Shown one piece after another: positions 9,685-19,915 of a stretch of DNA of 64,000 nt. Below the pieces are notes generated by a model. That model searched no databases. It was not told where the DNA came from and saw nothing but the letters and a program-made list of their open reading frames with translations. How positions within the stretch are numbered: position 1 is the stretch's first letter; each line of letters begins with the position of its first letter. This DNA comes from an uncultured delta proteobacterium (GTDB lineage: Bacteria > Desulfobacterota > WTBG01), in assembly GCA_963793865.1 (NCBI GenBank), contig CAWCBP010000012.1:104986-168985 (forward strand), in the 5' to 3' direction. A program made the translations under genes and the position numbers.

Positions 9685-10545
9685 CTAGAACCCGTTGCGG
9701 GAGTTGTCGTCCCGCTCATGTGCCCTGCTGTTGTGGTAGTGTTGGCTCAATCGCCTGACCTGCTGCATCATGAGCGGTGCAACATCGGGCGGAGCGGCGG
9801 CTTCGATTGCCTGGTAAAACGCCGCTGCGTTTAAAGGGGCGGTTCTTTCAGGCCCGCAGATTTTGTCGAGTTCCTTTACAATTCCGTCCAGCCCGAAATC
9901 TTTCGCCTCATCGGGCATTGCCTCCAGAAGATACAGTGCCCATTCGCGTGTTTCGTCATCTTCCCACAGGTAGCGGTCTTTAAAGGATGAGATCTTTTGC
10001 GAATATCCGTCACGCGGGGTGGAGGGCGCTGTGATATCTTCGCCTGGCTCATGCTGCCGTGCAGGTGGATCAGTACCGGGATTGCTGAATGCCGCCCCCG
10101 CCATTCCGCCGTTTGCAAAAATAATGACCTCTGTAATCGATTGACGGCGGCGGTCCCTGTCGCTGTAGCGGACGAGGTAATTTTTTGCCCCGGCTGCCTT
10201 GAGCAGTATCTTAATGGCCTGTTCGAGCGGAAGGTCTTTAACGTGAATGCTGATGGGGTTAAACAGATGGTATGCTCCCCGACAGGTGATGTTTACCCGG
10301 CATGTATCACCCAGAGTCCCGAGAAGGGTTTCAAGAGGCGCATCCAAAGCATTTACGGAAACGACGTACCCCTGGGGGATCTCTTTCACTGTCACTTCGG
10401 GCCCTGACTGTACCGTGAGGGCACCGGCAGCAGGTAATGCAGCTACCGAAAAAGCGAAGATGAAAAGGAAAAGAGCCTGTTTCAGCATATGTTGAGCATT
10501 TCTCGCACAGAGCATGATACAATCATCGTATGGGGTAATGGGCAC
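9685..10545 (-). CDS. Exported protein with STN/secretin-N0-like domain and C-terminal helical domain
   Basis: Signal peptide; DAPLETLL..ISIHVKDLPLEQAIKILL; tail KDRYLW..FYQAIE resembles the repeats of the next gene; start may be ~10488. Confidence 0.6.
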   Translation of the reverse strand: MPITPYDDCIMLCARNAQHMLKQALFLFIFAFSVAALPAAGALTVQSGPEVTVKEIPQGYVVSVNALDAPLETLLGTLGDTCRVNITCRGAYHLFNPISIHVKDLPLEQAIKILLKAAGAKNYLVRYSDRDRRRQSITEVIIFANGGMAGAAFSNPGTDPPARQHEPGEDITAPSTPRDGYSQKISSFKDRYLWEDDETREWALYLLEAMPDEAKDFGLDGIVKELDKICGPERTAPLNAAAFYQAIEAAAPPDVAPLMMQQVRRLSQHYHNSRAHERDDNSRNGF

Positions 10546-11377
10546 TTGTCATCAGGTAACTGGCCGCAATGCAAAAAGAGGAGACGGCGGCACCAAAGGC
10601 GGTTATGGACAGGACGGCGCTCGCGGTCCTGTCCCACCAGCGCTGATACCTGCCGTGGAGTATGAGCGCGTAGAGGAGCCACATGATCAGGCTTGCCGTC
10701 TCCACCGGATCCCAGCTCCAGTAGTGTCCCCAGATGATCCTGGCCCGGTACGCGCCGGTTGCCATTGCCATGCTGAAGAGTATAAAACCTACCGCCATGG
10801 CTTTATAGCCGATGTCGTCCAGTACCTGCGGCATCGGAAGCCGGTTAAGCATTGCCTGCGGCAGCGCCATGAGTTTTAACCGCTCTTTGGCAATGATCAG
10901 GAGTGCTGCTACACAGGCGATGAGAAAGGCGGCCAGGCTCATAATGCAGCTTGTAACATGATATGCCAGCACATTGCCCTTGAGAACCGGGGGGAGCGCC
11001 TCTATGCCGGGCGAGATCCCGATTGAGCCGGATGCAGAGAGCATGGCAAGCGAAATAAAGGGCAGGATAAAAACTCCAAGCGCTTTTGTCCTGCAAACAC
11101 GTTCGAGGGCAAGATACATCAGGGTCAGCGACCAGCAGGCAAAGACGATGGTTTCGTAAAGGGTAAAGAACGAGAGAGGACTGTGACCCATGCCGAGCTG
11201 ATACGACTCAAACCACCGCAGCGCGTAGGCGGCGGTGTGAGCAAGGAATCCGGCAACGGTCATGCCGGTTGCGGCTCTCCCGATTGCCCCCAGGCGAAAG
11301 AAGAAGTAGCAGCTATACGCCAGCGATGAAAAAAGATAGACGTAAGAAACCGCACTGAAAAGCGCCACATTTATCAT
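10523..11377 (-). CDS. ccsB: System II cytochrome c synthetase, WWD subunit (CcsB/CcsA/ResC type)
   Basis: RWFESY..GH.PL...YET, WGHYWSWDPVET (WWD motif), terminal His. Confidence 0.92.
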   Translation of the reverse strand: MINVALFSAVSYVYLFSSLAYSCYFFFRLGAIGRAATGMTVAGFLAHTAAYALRWFESYQLGMGHSPLSFFTLYETIVFACWSLTLMYLALERVCRTKALGVFILPFISLAMLSASGSIGISPGIEALPPVLKGNVLAYHVTSCIMSLAAFLIACVAALLIIAKERLKLMALPQAMLNRLPMPQVLDDIGYKAMAVGFILFSMAMATGAYRARIIWGHYWSWDPVETASLIMWLLYALILHGRYQRWWDRTASAVLSITAFGAAVSSFCIAASYLMTSAHYPIR

Positions 11378-11437
11378 GTCCTTCCCCCTGTTACCCCTTA
11401 TAACCGTTGCATGCCTGAAATATGAGCGGCACGAAAA

Positions 11438-12874
11438 TCAGGCAGCCCGGTATTGCAAGGCCAGCTTCTTGATGAGGCCGGCATAGTGTTCCAGGACATC
11501 CGGGTTGCGGCTGGCCCAGCCGGCAACCGTTACGCAGTAGTCGCCGCCGCCGTTTTCGATCGCTATCCAAATCTTTCGGTGAGCAAGCATAAACATCAGG
11601 GAAAAGCCGGCAATGGCAATCCCCGCGCCGGTCCAGATGAGACCTGCTCCCGGCTCGGTGCTGACGATGAGGCGCATGAAGCTGGATGCGCTTTCACAAG
11701 CTTCGATGCCGTCAAGGCGGAACTCATACTCTTTATCCCATGGTTGTGCGGGTCTCCCGGCATGAGCGGTGACCCGCGGTTTATAGAGGAGAGCGTTGTT
11801 ATTCCCGTATACCTCAAGTGTGACCATGCATGATGCCTGGCAGGCAGACGATGTTTTCTGAAAAGAATCCGCGTGGAAATGATGGCTGAAGAAAATATCT
11901 TTCAGGCGAACGGTGTGTCCCGTCTCCGGAATGGTACAGCACTGATAGCGCTTCAGGGTAAATGACCTGCGCTTGCCGACTCCTTGTGGTGACAGGATTG
12001 ACAGGATTATTTGATGGCTGTCCTTGCCGGGAGATCGTGACTGACTGATGCGAATGCCGTCCCTGGTAATGGTCCGGTATCCCTCCAGCTTCTCCCGTAC
12101 TTCTTTTTTGTCTTCCTGCAACAGCGTGACCTTCGTTTGATATATTGCTTGAGAATGATCGCTGCTTCCCGATGTTGATCCGACCGGCTCGCATTCGTCA
12201 AGCCTGATGGCGTAGTCAAGCCTTCTAAAGCATGGGTTGCCGTTTTCTTTGAAGAAAACCCTGTCGTCGCTTTCTCCCTCTCTGAGATACATCTCGCCTG
12301 ATTGCGAGTAACTTCCCCAAAACCCCCCTGCCAGCACCATCAGAAGGCCGCTGTGCGCCAGGTAAAATCCCCCATGGTAAAGCCTGCCCCGCTGGCAGAA
12401 AAAAACAGATCCGGTTGTGCTGTGGTGTACCGATGGTCTGGATAGTTTTTTGGCCAGAAGACTGTAAAGGGCCGGGTAGAATCCCTCCCGCAGGAAGGCC
12501 ACAGTAAAGGTATCCCGGAAAAGCGGTGAAGACGGCATTGTGCGTCTCTCCGCAGACCTGCTGAGAGAAAGAGCCTTGAGCGTTCCCGGTATGCGTTTTG
12601 CCATGCAGGCAATCAGGTTCAGGATAAACAGGATGAGCAGCATTTTGAAAAAGCGGGAGGCATCAACATCAGTGGAAAAGCAACCATTAAGAAGATTGCT
12701 GACACTGCCGCTTCCGGGCAGATGAATAGCTCTAACAAAGGAAATAATCCCGCCCTTCATGAGATCCGCAAGCATGGTGAGTAAAAACATGACCAGCAGA
12801 ATAATGGTAAAGTTGATTGAAGATATAAAAGTGAAGATGCGGTTTAGAATCCTTTTCACGCCGTCCCTGCGCAC
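11438..12874 (-). CDS. resB: ResB/Ccs1-family cytochrome c biogenesis protein
   Basis: NLIAC, YLAHSGLLMVLAG (conserved His), EPGA.LIWTG..HRKIW. Confidence 0.88.
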   Translation of the reverse strand: MRRDGVKRILNRIFTFISSINFTIILLVMFLLTMLADLMKGGIISFVRAIHLPGSGSVSNLLNGCFSTDVDASRFFKMLLILFILNLIACMAKRIPGTLKALSLSRSAERRTMPSSPLFRDTFTVAFLREGFYPALYSLLAKKLSRPSVHHSTTGSVFFCQRGRLYHGGFYLAHSGLLMVLAGGFWGSYSQSGEMYLREGESDDRVFFKENGNPCFRRLDYAIRLDECEPVGSTSGSSDHSQAIYQTKVTLLQEDKKEVREKLEGYRTITRDGIRISQSRSPGKDSHQIILSILSPQGVGKRRSFTLKRYQCCTIPETGHTVRLKDIFFSHHFHADSFQKTSSACQASCMVTLEVYGNNNALLYKPRVTAHAGRPAQPWDKEYEFRLDGIEACESASSFMRLIVSTEPGAGLIWTGAGIAIAGFSLMFMLAHRKIWIAIENGGGDYCVTVAGWASRNPDVLEHYAGLIKKLALQYRAA

Positions 12875-12883
12875 CAGGCTTTG

Positions 12884-14382
12884 CTATCCTGACCTGGCGC
12901 ATGAATACAATTCTCTGTTTTGAATCATTGGCAACTCGTTTTTGAGATTACCTTGTTGGATTTCGTGAGGCATGGATCCCATGGCGGACATGTGATTGCG
13001 CAGAAAGGAGTTTTGCATCATGGCCTTTAATCCCTTGAAAAGCATGCTCTTCTTACATTCATCCTCCAGCGCATTCCACTGCGGCAGTTTTTTTTGATAG
13101 TATGTTTTGTAGCACCGCAATGCCTCCTGAAATACTTCATCGCGGGTCATGCTGCGCGGTTTTATGACGGGGTTACCAGGTTGTAGTTGCTGTAGTCCCA
13201 GTCCTCGATATAGGGTTTCAGATCCCGGTATATGTCAGCATAAGGCCAGGGGGTTATCATGAGGAAATGAGGATTATCCGCGTTATAGTGTTGAGCCAGA
13301 TCGAGGGTCTTCTGTATCGATTGTGGCGTCTCGTGTGGCAGGCCCAGGATAAAAGAGCACTCGGTTATGATATGGTGCTCGTTCAGAAGCCGGATGGCCT
13401 CGCGGCATTCCCGGCAGGTCTGGGATTTTTTAAAGATATCAAGAACCGTCTGGTCCGCCGACTCGACGCCGATGAACATATGAACGATGCCGGCCTTGCG
13501 ATACTTGAAGAGAATGTCTTTATCTCTGACAATATCTCCGGCGCGGGTCTCGGCCAGCAGGTATATGCCCAGGTCTTTTTCTATCAGCAGGTCCAGGATT
13601 GCCTCCCAGCGTTCCCGGTCGCAGGTGGGATATTCATCAGCAATGAAAAAGGCGTTCACGCCAAAGCGGTGAAAGAGGTATTCTATTTCCCCGACAAAGT
13701 TTTGCGGACTCCTCGCGCGATAGGACTGCTGCCAGAATTTCTGCTGTGAACAGAAAGCGCAGCTGTTGCCGCAACCTCGCGAAGAGGAAACAAGGGCCAC
13801 CTTTGCATCCTCAAGGAAGCTCAGGTAGTAGTCTTCCCAGCAAAGAAGATCCCAGGCAGGAGAGAGCGAATCAAGGTCATCCATAAATTCCCTTTGTGGT
13901 GTCATGATAATCTTTCCACCCTTCCGGTATGCAATCCCTTTAACCTCTGACAGTTGCCTGTTTCCCTCAATGGCGTCCAACAGTTCCGTGGTTGTATATT
14001 CGCCTTCCCACCTGACAATGTAATCAATGACCCCGTTTCCCTGCTGCAGGGTTTCTTCGGGCATCATGGTGGGGTGGATGCCGCCGATGATGGTTATGAT
14101 CTGCGGATCGATGGATTTGGCCAGGGCGAGCACCCGGGTGGCATCGCGGATGGTGGCGGTATAGGCGGTGGAGCCGACGATATCCGGCCGTGACTCGGTG
14201 ATGCGCTTGCTGATGTCCACATAGGTGTGGTCCTTTGCCATGGCGTCATAGATTTCAACTTCGTGCCCGGCATTTCTCAGCTCACCGGCTATATAAAGGA
14301 ACCCCAGGTTGGCCCACCTTCCCGCCGATTCAACCACCCCGCAGTGATAGGGCGGGGTAATAAGCAGTATCTTCTTTCCCAT
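12884..14382 (-). CDS. Cobalamin-binding radical SAM enzyme (BchE-like class); frameshift near 13168
   Basis: N-terminal B12-binding domain (IIGGIHPT), SRGCGNSCAFC; C-terminus continues as VIKPRSMTRDEV in ORF 12884..13150; SD GGGAGG. Confidence 0.9.
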
Positions 14383-14435
14383 GCATTTCCTCCCTGAATG
14401 CAATGCCACTCTTCAGCACTGGCGCATTACTGCAT

Positions 14436-14452
14436 GGCAACAAGCGTGCCAG
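14436..14452 (-). promoter_or_regulatory. Sigma54 promoter upstream of the radical SAM-resB-ccsB cluster
   Basis: Minus strand CTGGCACGCTTGTTGCC matches TGGCAC-N5-TTGC, ~55 bp before the ATG. Confidence 0.8.
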
Positions 14453-14673
14453 GGAAGAAAATGCGGACAAGACCGCTTTAATCCCGTGATGTCAAAACTG
14501 TTTTTTTATGAGGGAGCGGTTTTAAGAGAGGATGTAGTGGAAAGAGATGCAGGAGTGGTTGTAGCCCGATTAGTACAGGCTCAGGAAAAGTAATTGCCCA
14601 ACTGCGGGAAAAGGTTTTACTAAATAGAGGCTGTACGATAGGTCAACAGTGCGTAAAAGGATATATACGAGAC

Positions 14674-14971
14674 TTGGGGACGTTGTTGACTAAGTGGAAT
14701 AAGTTGTGCCGCTCAAGAATCGCATAGACCACGAACGATACCCTGCCCTCAGAACAATCTGCTTAAAATCCTGTCAGTATCCTGCCTGTAACACCATTCA
14801 TCCAACAGCTTTTTCCCGAAACATGAACCCTACAGAGAGCATTGAATACAAGCAAGGATGATCGCAATCATGTTATATAAACGCCGGGTTAATAAAGACA
14901 CTTGCCGCTGCTCTTGCGAATGAACTAAATTAAATCAAAGGTCAATTCCACTTAGTCAACAACGTCCCCAA
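14674..14971. mobile_element. Non-autonomous MITE copy 1 sharing ends with the RAYT element at 24094
   Basis: TTGGGGACGTTGTTGACTAAGTGGAAT ... ATTCCACTTAGTCAACAACGTCCCCAA; interior closely matches 17848..18141. Confidence 0.88.
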
Positions 14972-14994
14972 TTATGGTTTTTGTATAAAACATA

Positions 14995-15022
14995 TTGACA
15001 TTTGTAAATTGAAAGATACAAT
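14995..15022 (+). promoter_or_regulatory. Sigma70-type promoter, probably giving a leaderless mRNA
   Basis: TTGACA-16-TACAAT with ATG 6 nt later and no SD. Confidence 0.65.
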
Positions 15023-15028
15023 TGCAAT

Positions 15029-16198
15029 ATGCAAACTTATATTCCCCGCCGCATCCAATCACAGATAAAAGAACACCTCATCAATTTCCCGGTAGTTGCC
15101 ATCCTGGGGCCGCGGCAATGCGGCAAATCGACATTAGCCCGCGCCATGGTACAGAAATACAGAAACAGTGTTTATCTGGATCTGGAGCGCCCATCTGATG
15201 TAAGGAAACTTCAGGATCCCGAGCTCTTTTTTAACATGTATGAGGATAACTTAATCTGCCTGGATGAAATACAGCGGACTCCGGATATTTTCCCGGTGAT
15301 GAGAAGTATTGTTGATGAGCATAAGAAAAAGGGTCATTTTTTGATTCTGGGCTCAGCCTCCCGCGACCTGATAAAGCAGAGTTCCGAATCACTGGCAGGT
15401 AGAATTGCATATATGGAGCTGACACCCTTTGTATACCCCGAGCTTGCCGCCGTAAAGAAAAAAGCGGTCAGCGGTCTTGAGAAATTATGGTTGCGGGGGG
15501 GCTTCCCAGAAAGTGTGCTTGCGCGCAATAATGAAGCAAGCATGCAGTGGCGAGAAAATTTTATCCGGACGTTTCTTGAACGGGACATCCCCCAGCTGGG
15601 ATTTCAAATTCCCGCCCAGGCAATGCAACGATTGTGGAGAATGATCGCGCATAATCACGGGCAGGTTCTCAACGCTTCGAAACTGGGTCAGTCGCTCGGC
15701 ATCAGCCATACAACCGCCCGCTCCTACATTGATCTCTTGTCACAAACATTTATGGTAAGAATCCTGAGCCCTTTCATACCGAATGTTAAAAAGCGATTGA
15801 TTAAATCACCGAAAGTTTACATCAGGGATTCGGGAATATTGCACGCGCTTTTGGAAATTGAAACCATGGATCACCTTCTCGGTCATCCTGTCTATGGCTT
15901 TTCATGGGAGGGTTTTGTAATCGAGAATATCCTTTCCTTTCTTCCTGACTGGAAAGCGGCTTTCTACAGGACCTCATCAGGCAACGAAATCGACCTGATT
16001 ATCGAGAAAGGCAGGAAACGGCTCGCCATAGAGTGTAAGGCTTCCTCGGCGCCGTCAGCTTCCAAGGGCTTGGACTTGGCGCTGCAGGAACTTCACATTG
16101 AAACGGCATGGATTATAGCGCCCGTTGCTGAGGCGTTTCCCATAAGCAAAAATATTACCGTATCGCCCCTCATGCATTTTCTTAAAGCCGTACAATAA
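15029..16198 (+). CDS. AAA+ ATPase (AAA_14 plus DUF4143-type)
   Basis: GPRQCGKS, LDEIQ, ESLAGR, RGGFPE, KSPKVYIRDSG, EIDL..IECK. Confidence 0.92.
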   Translation: MQTYIPRRIQSQIKEHLINFPVVAILGPRQCGKSTLARAMVQKYRNSVYLDLERPSDVRKLQDPELFFNMYEDNLICLDEIQRTPDIFPVMRSIVDEHKKKGHFLILGSASRDLIKQSSESLAGRIAYMELTPFVYPELAAVKKKAVSGLEKLWLRGGFPESVLARNNEASMQWRENFIRTFLERDIPQLGFQIPAQAMQRLWRMIAHNHGQVLNASKLGQSLGISHTTARSYIDLLSQTFMVRILSPFIPNVKKRLIKSPKVYIRDSGILHALLEIETMDHLLGHPVYGFSWEGFVIENILSFLPDWKAAFYRTSSGNEIDLIIEKGRKRLAIECKASSAPSASKGLDLALQELHIETAWIIAPVAEAFPISKNITVSPLMHFLKAVQ

Positions 16199-16424
16199 AA
16201 ACTGTCCAGCCTGTGCCAGGTGCTTGAGTGAAGAATAATTGCTTTTTTAACCTCGGAAAAGCTATTATTGGGCCATTATAGGTGGCAAATAGGGAGCTTA
16301 AGAAAATAATATCAACCGGTTAGCTTGGCCCGACCCCATGTGATGCATGCTCCATTTAAGCATGGTGTCCCAGGAACTTTAAACGGCGCCTCACTGCCCT
16401 CTGCAAACAGGTCGTGCACGATGC

Positions 16425-17469
16425 TTATTGATCCTGAAAATAACCGCCTGCTCTCCAGTCGCTAATCCCTGTTGCACTTCGGGAAGCTCCCCCACTCTCA
16501 CTTGCAGAGTCACCCTTGCAGTATTGCCTAATCCCCCGCTCACGCTGGAACCAGCACCGCTTGCTGTATTGAGTCCTCCTCCGCTTACGCTGGAATATGC
16601 TTCGCTCGTGCGATCTGACAAATCCGGATCTCCTGCTAAGTTCAAAGAGTCTCCCAGCACCGTTGAATAGTTTGCAAATGCCGTATTTCCACTTAATGCC
16701 GTATCGTAACCACCACCGCCCACAAAGGCATAATCCCCGCTGGCCACATTATACCTGCCCCCGCTTACGCTGGCAGCCTCGCCGCTTGCAGCGTTATCAG
16801 ATCCTCCGCTGACGCTCGCATATTGACCGCTTGCCTGGTTGTTATACCCTCCGCTCACGCTGGAATAAGTATTGCTCGCTCTATTTGCTGATCCGCCGCT
16901 TACACTGGCATGCTGGCCGCTTGCCGTATTGCCACATCCTCCACTCACGCTGGCATAGGGTCCGGAAATGGTATTGCTGATGCCTGTTACCATTCCCCCA
17001 TACGAAGAATAATTATGCCATCTGCCGACCACAACATTGTGTGAACCAGTGCGAACATCCCCGCTGCCGCGAAGCTCGTTGTAGCTTACAATCAGGTTTC
17101 CCAGACCATTGATTGGTTCACCGGTATTGCCGCTGCCGTTTACAATCTGTACATTCACTCCGCTGAACCGGATCGTATCCTGTCCGTTCACGAGCAGTCT
17201 TGTTACATTGGCCAGCAGCGCTTCTAGTTGCGTAATCCTCATTTCCAGTTGCTCGGCGGTCTGGCACTCGATCACCGGGCAGGGATCCAGCAATGAACTT
17301 CTGCCGAAATCCGACTTGAACACGAAGGCATCGGTACCATCCTGGTCCAGATCATTATCGAAATTGCCCTCACAGTAGTCGATTGGTTGTGCCATGACGA
17401 CAGGCACTGATGATGAAAACAAAAAAGCTGCTGCTACCGCAAAGACCATCTTCCCATCAACCGTTTCAT
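16425..17469 (-). CDS. Exported SVSGG-repeat (beta-helix-like) surface protein, paralog A; two frameshifts
   Basis: ~14-aa SVSGG..N.ASG repeats; the paralog alignment restores start MKRLM (17469) and tail GGASRSATGISDWRAGGYFQDQ* (16425). Confidence 0.8.
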
Positions 17470-17675
17470 CGTCGTACCCCCATAAAAAATCCCCGCTTCA
17501 TTCCATGACCACCATGGTCTAAGAAAAAGCGGGGTGTTTTCTTGCAAAAGGCTTTGAGGACACTTCATTCCCCTCCCGGCTCTTAATGCATTATAATCTA
17601 ATCATAAAATGTCTCCATTTTCAAGGCCAAATCTGAAACCCGGCTTTGTGATACTGGTTCGGTTGTGGGATCGAA

Positions 17676-17764
17676 CGTAGCCACATGCTGTCAGCTTGTG
17701 CCTCCCTTGTGCAGCTGATTGTACAGAAGCACCATAAGTACGCAGGCTGAAGCCTGCGACTACT
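17676..17764. repeat. GTAG REP-like doublet related to 55711..55798
   Basis: ACGCAGGCTGAAGCCTGCGACTAC is the reverse complement of part of the 55.7-kb element. Confidence 0.7.
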
Positions 17765-17847
17765 GCCTTCTGACACCGGCATTCTGATTGTAAAGATTTC
17801 TCGCTGAGCTCGAAATGACAAAACGGGTGTGTTCCCAGTAAAAAGAA

Positions 17848-18141
17848 GGGGACGTTGTTGACTAAGTGGAATAAGTATTGCCGCTCAGCAATAGCATAGA
17901 CCACGAACGATACCCTGCCCTCAGAACAATCTGCTTAAAATCCGGTCAGTAGCCTGCCTGCAGCACCATTCATCCAACATCGTTTTTCCGAAACATGAAT
18001 CCTGCATATAGCATTGAATACAAGCAAGAATGATCGCAAGCATGTTATGTAAACGCCGGATTAATAAAGACAGTTGCCGCTGCTCTTGCGAATGAACTAA
18101 ATTAAATCAATGATCAATTCCACTTAGTCAACAACGTCCCC
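17848..18141. mobile_element. Non-autonomous MITE copy 2
   Basis: Same terminal inverted repeats and near-identical interior as 14674..14971. Confidence 0.88.
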
Positions 18142-18196
18142 AATTATGGTTTTTTTGCCGGAATTCTTCACCCTCCGCAGACCGGATGCATGGTGC

Positions 18197-19519
18197 TTAA
18201 TTATACTCATACAAAGTGCCTGCTGTCCAATCCTCACTGCCTGTCGCACTTCGGGCAGCACCTCCGCTCACGCTGGAGCAATAGGCGCTGGCTTGGTTAA
18301 TGTCCCCCCCGCTCACGCTGGCACCCCAGCCGGTTGCTTGACCATCCCGACCGCCACTAATGCTGGCATAATCACCGCTTGCGTAATTTCCATTTCCCCC
18401 GCTCACACTTGAAGCATCACCACGCGCTGTATTTCTTTCCCCTCCGCTCACACTGGAATTTTCTCCAATTGTGTGATCTGTCAGGGCTCCATCTCCTGCT
18501 ACGTTATCTCTTCCCCCAAGCACCGCTGAATAATGAGCAAATGCTGTATTTCCATATCCTGCTGTGTCGGCACCACCACCACCACCAACAAAGGAATAAT
18601 CACCGCTGGCCACATTATATCTTCCGCCGCTCACACTGGCACCCCAGGCGGTTGCCGTATTATTGAACCCGCCGCTCACCGTGGAACGGGAGCCGCTTGC
18701 TATATTATATTGCCCTCCGCTCACCGTGGCTGACTGGGCAAAGGTATGGTCGATGAGATCCGGATCGCCGGTAAGATTACTGCGGCCGCCCAGTATTGCT
18801 GTATAATGACCGAATGCCTGATTTCCATCAGATGCACTGGTATATCCACCTCCGCCTACGAAGGAGAAATCACCGCCGGCTTCATTATACCTGCCGCCGC
18901 TCACGCTGGCATAAGCGCCGCTTGCAGTATTAACTGTTCCTCCGCTCACATTGGTGCCAGAAGCACTTGCTATATTACCGGCTCCCCCGCTCACGCTGGC
19001 ATAGGATCCGGAAATCGTATTGTGGCGGCCTACTACCAGCCCACCATAGGATGAATAGTTGTGCTCTGCACCGACCACAACATTGTGAGACCCGGTTCGA
19101 TTGTCACCGCTGCCGCGAAGCTCGTTATATCCCACAATAAAGTTGCCCAGACCATTCGTGGTTCCGCCTGTTGTCCCGCTCCCATTAACGATATGAACAT
19201 TCACTCCGCTAAAGGTGATGTCGTTCCCGTCCCTGGTCACATTTGCCAGCAGAGCAGTCAATTGTGCCACCTGCGTTTTTAGCTGCTCAATCTCAATTCC
19301 TAATTCTTCGGCCGTCTGGCATTCGATCACCGGGCAGGGATCCAGGAGTGAGCTCCTGCCGAAATCGGACTTGAACACAAAGGCATCCGAGCCATCCTGG
19401 TCCGCATCGTTGTCAAAATTGCCCTCGCAATAGTCAATCGGTTGCGCCATGACAGGAGATACTGATAGTGAAACCATAAACCCGATTACCATTGTGAACA
19501 CGAATATCAATCTCTTCAT
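18197..19519 (-). CDS. Exported SVSGG-repeat surface protein, paralog B
   Basis: Signal peptide MKRLIFVF, QPIDYCEGNFDND.DQDG.DAF.FKSDFGR, coiled coil, SVSGG repeats. Confidence 0.85.
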   Translation of the reverse strand: MKRLIFVFTMVIGFMVSLSVSPVMAQPIDYCEGNFDNDADQDGSDAFVFKSDFGRSSLLDPCPVIECQTAEELGIEIEQLKTQVAQLTALLANVTRDGNDITFSGVNVHIVNGSGTTGGTTNGLGNFIVGYNELRGSGDNRTGSHNVVVGAEHNYSSYGGLVVGRHNTISGSYASVSGGAGNIASASGTNVSGGTVNTASGAYASVSGGRYNEAGGDFSFVGGGGYTSASDGNQAFGHYTAILGGRSNLTGDPDLIDHTFAQSATVSGGQYNIASGSRSTVSGGFNNTATAWGASVSGGRYNVASGDYSFVGGGGGADTAGYGNTAFAHYSAVLGGRDNVAGDGALTDHTIGENSSVSGGERNTARGDASSVSGGNGNYASGDYASISGGRDGQATGWGASVSGGDINQASAYCSSVSGGAARSATGSEDWTAGTLYEYN

Positions 19520-19915
19520 ACCATCCTCCCGCAAAAAAAATTCCCGCTTCATTCCCTGACCACCATGGTCAGCGGTAAAGCGGGGTTATCTCTCACAAAA
19601 ACATCATGTGTGCCACTCTATTCCCCTCCGGATTATCACGTATCGTAATTTAATCATAAAATACCTGTTCCCTCAAGGACTAAAAACCCCACGGACTGCG
19701 GGATTCTTAATTTGGCTGTGCGGAGAGAAAATCCTAGACCGCTCACGCAAAAGGTGCTACAAATATGGGTAACATCGAAGGTTGCCTGTTATCCGCGTTC
19801 AACGATGTAGAGCGGCTGTCTGAACTGTTGTTGCTTCACCTGGAATACGACCTGCCGGACGGTCATCAAACGTTCTGTTTCATCCCCCTGGCCAGGACCG
19901 GAATGGAGTAAACGG

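Noticed and set aside
13150..13175. Programmed frameshift or separate 88-aa gene after the radical SAM
   Set aside because: One extra C in a C-run restores a continuous plausible C-terminus; no slippery heptamer
12884..14382. Calling the radical SAM bchE (bacteriochlorophyll synthesis)
   Set aside because: Shared domain architecture only; no photosynthesis genes in the window
17434..17568. Short leader ORF containing PWWSW as a Trp attenuator peptide
   Set aside because: Its ATG is absent from the paralogous leader and the downstream gene is unrelated to tryptophan metabolism
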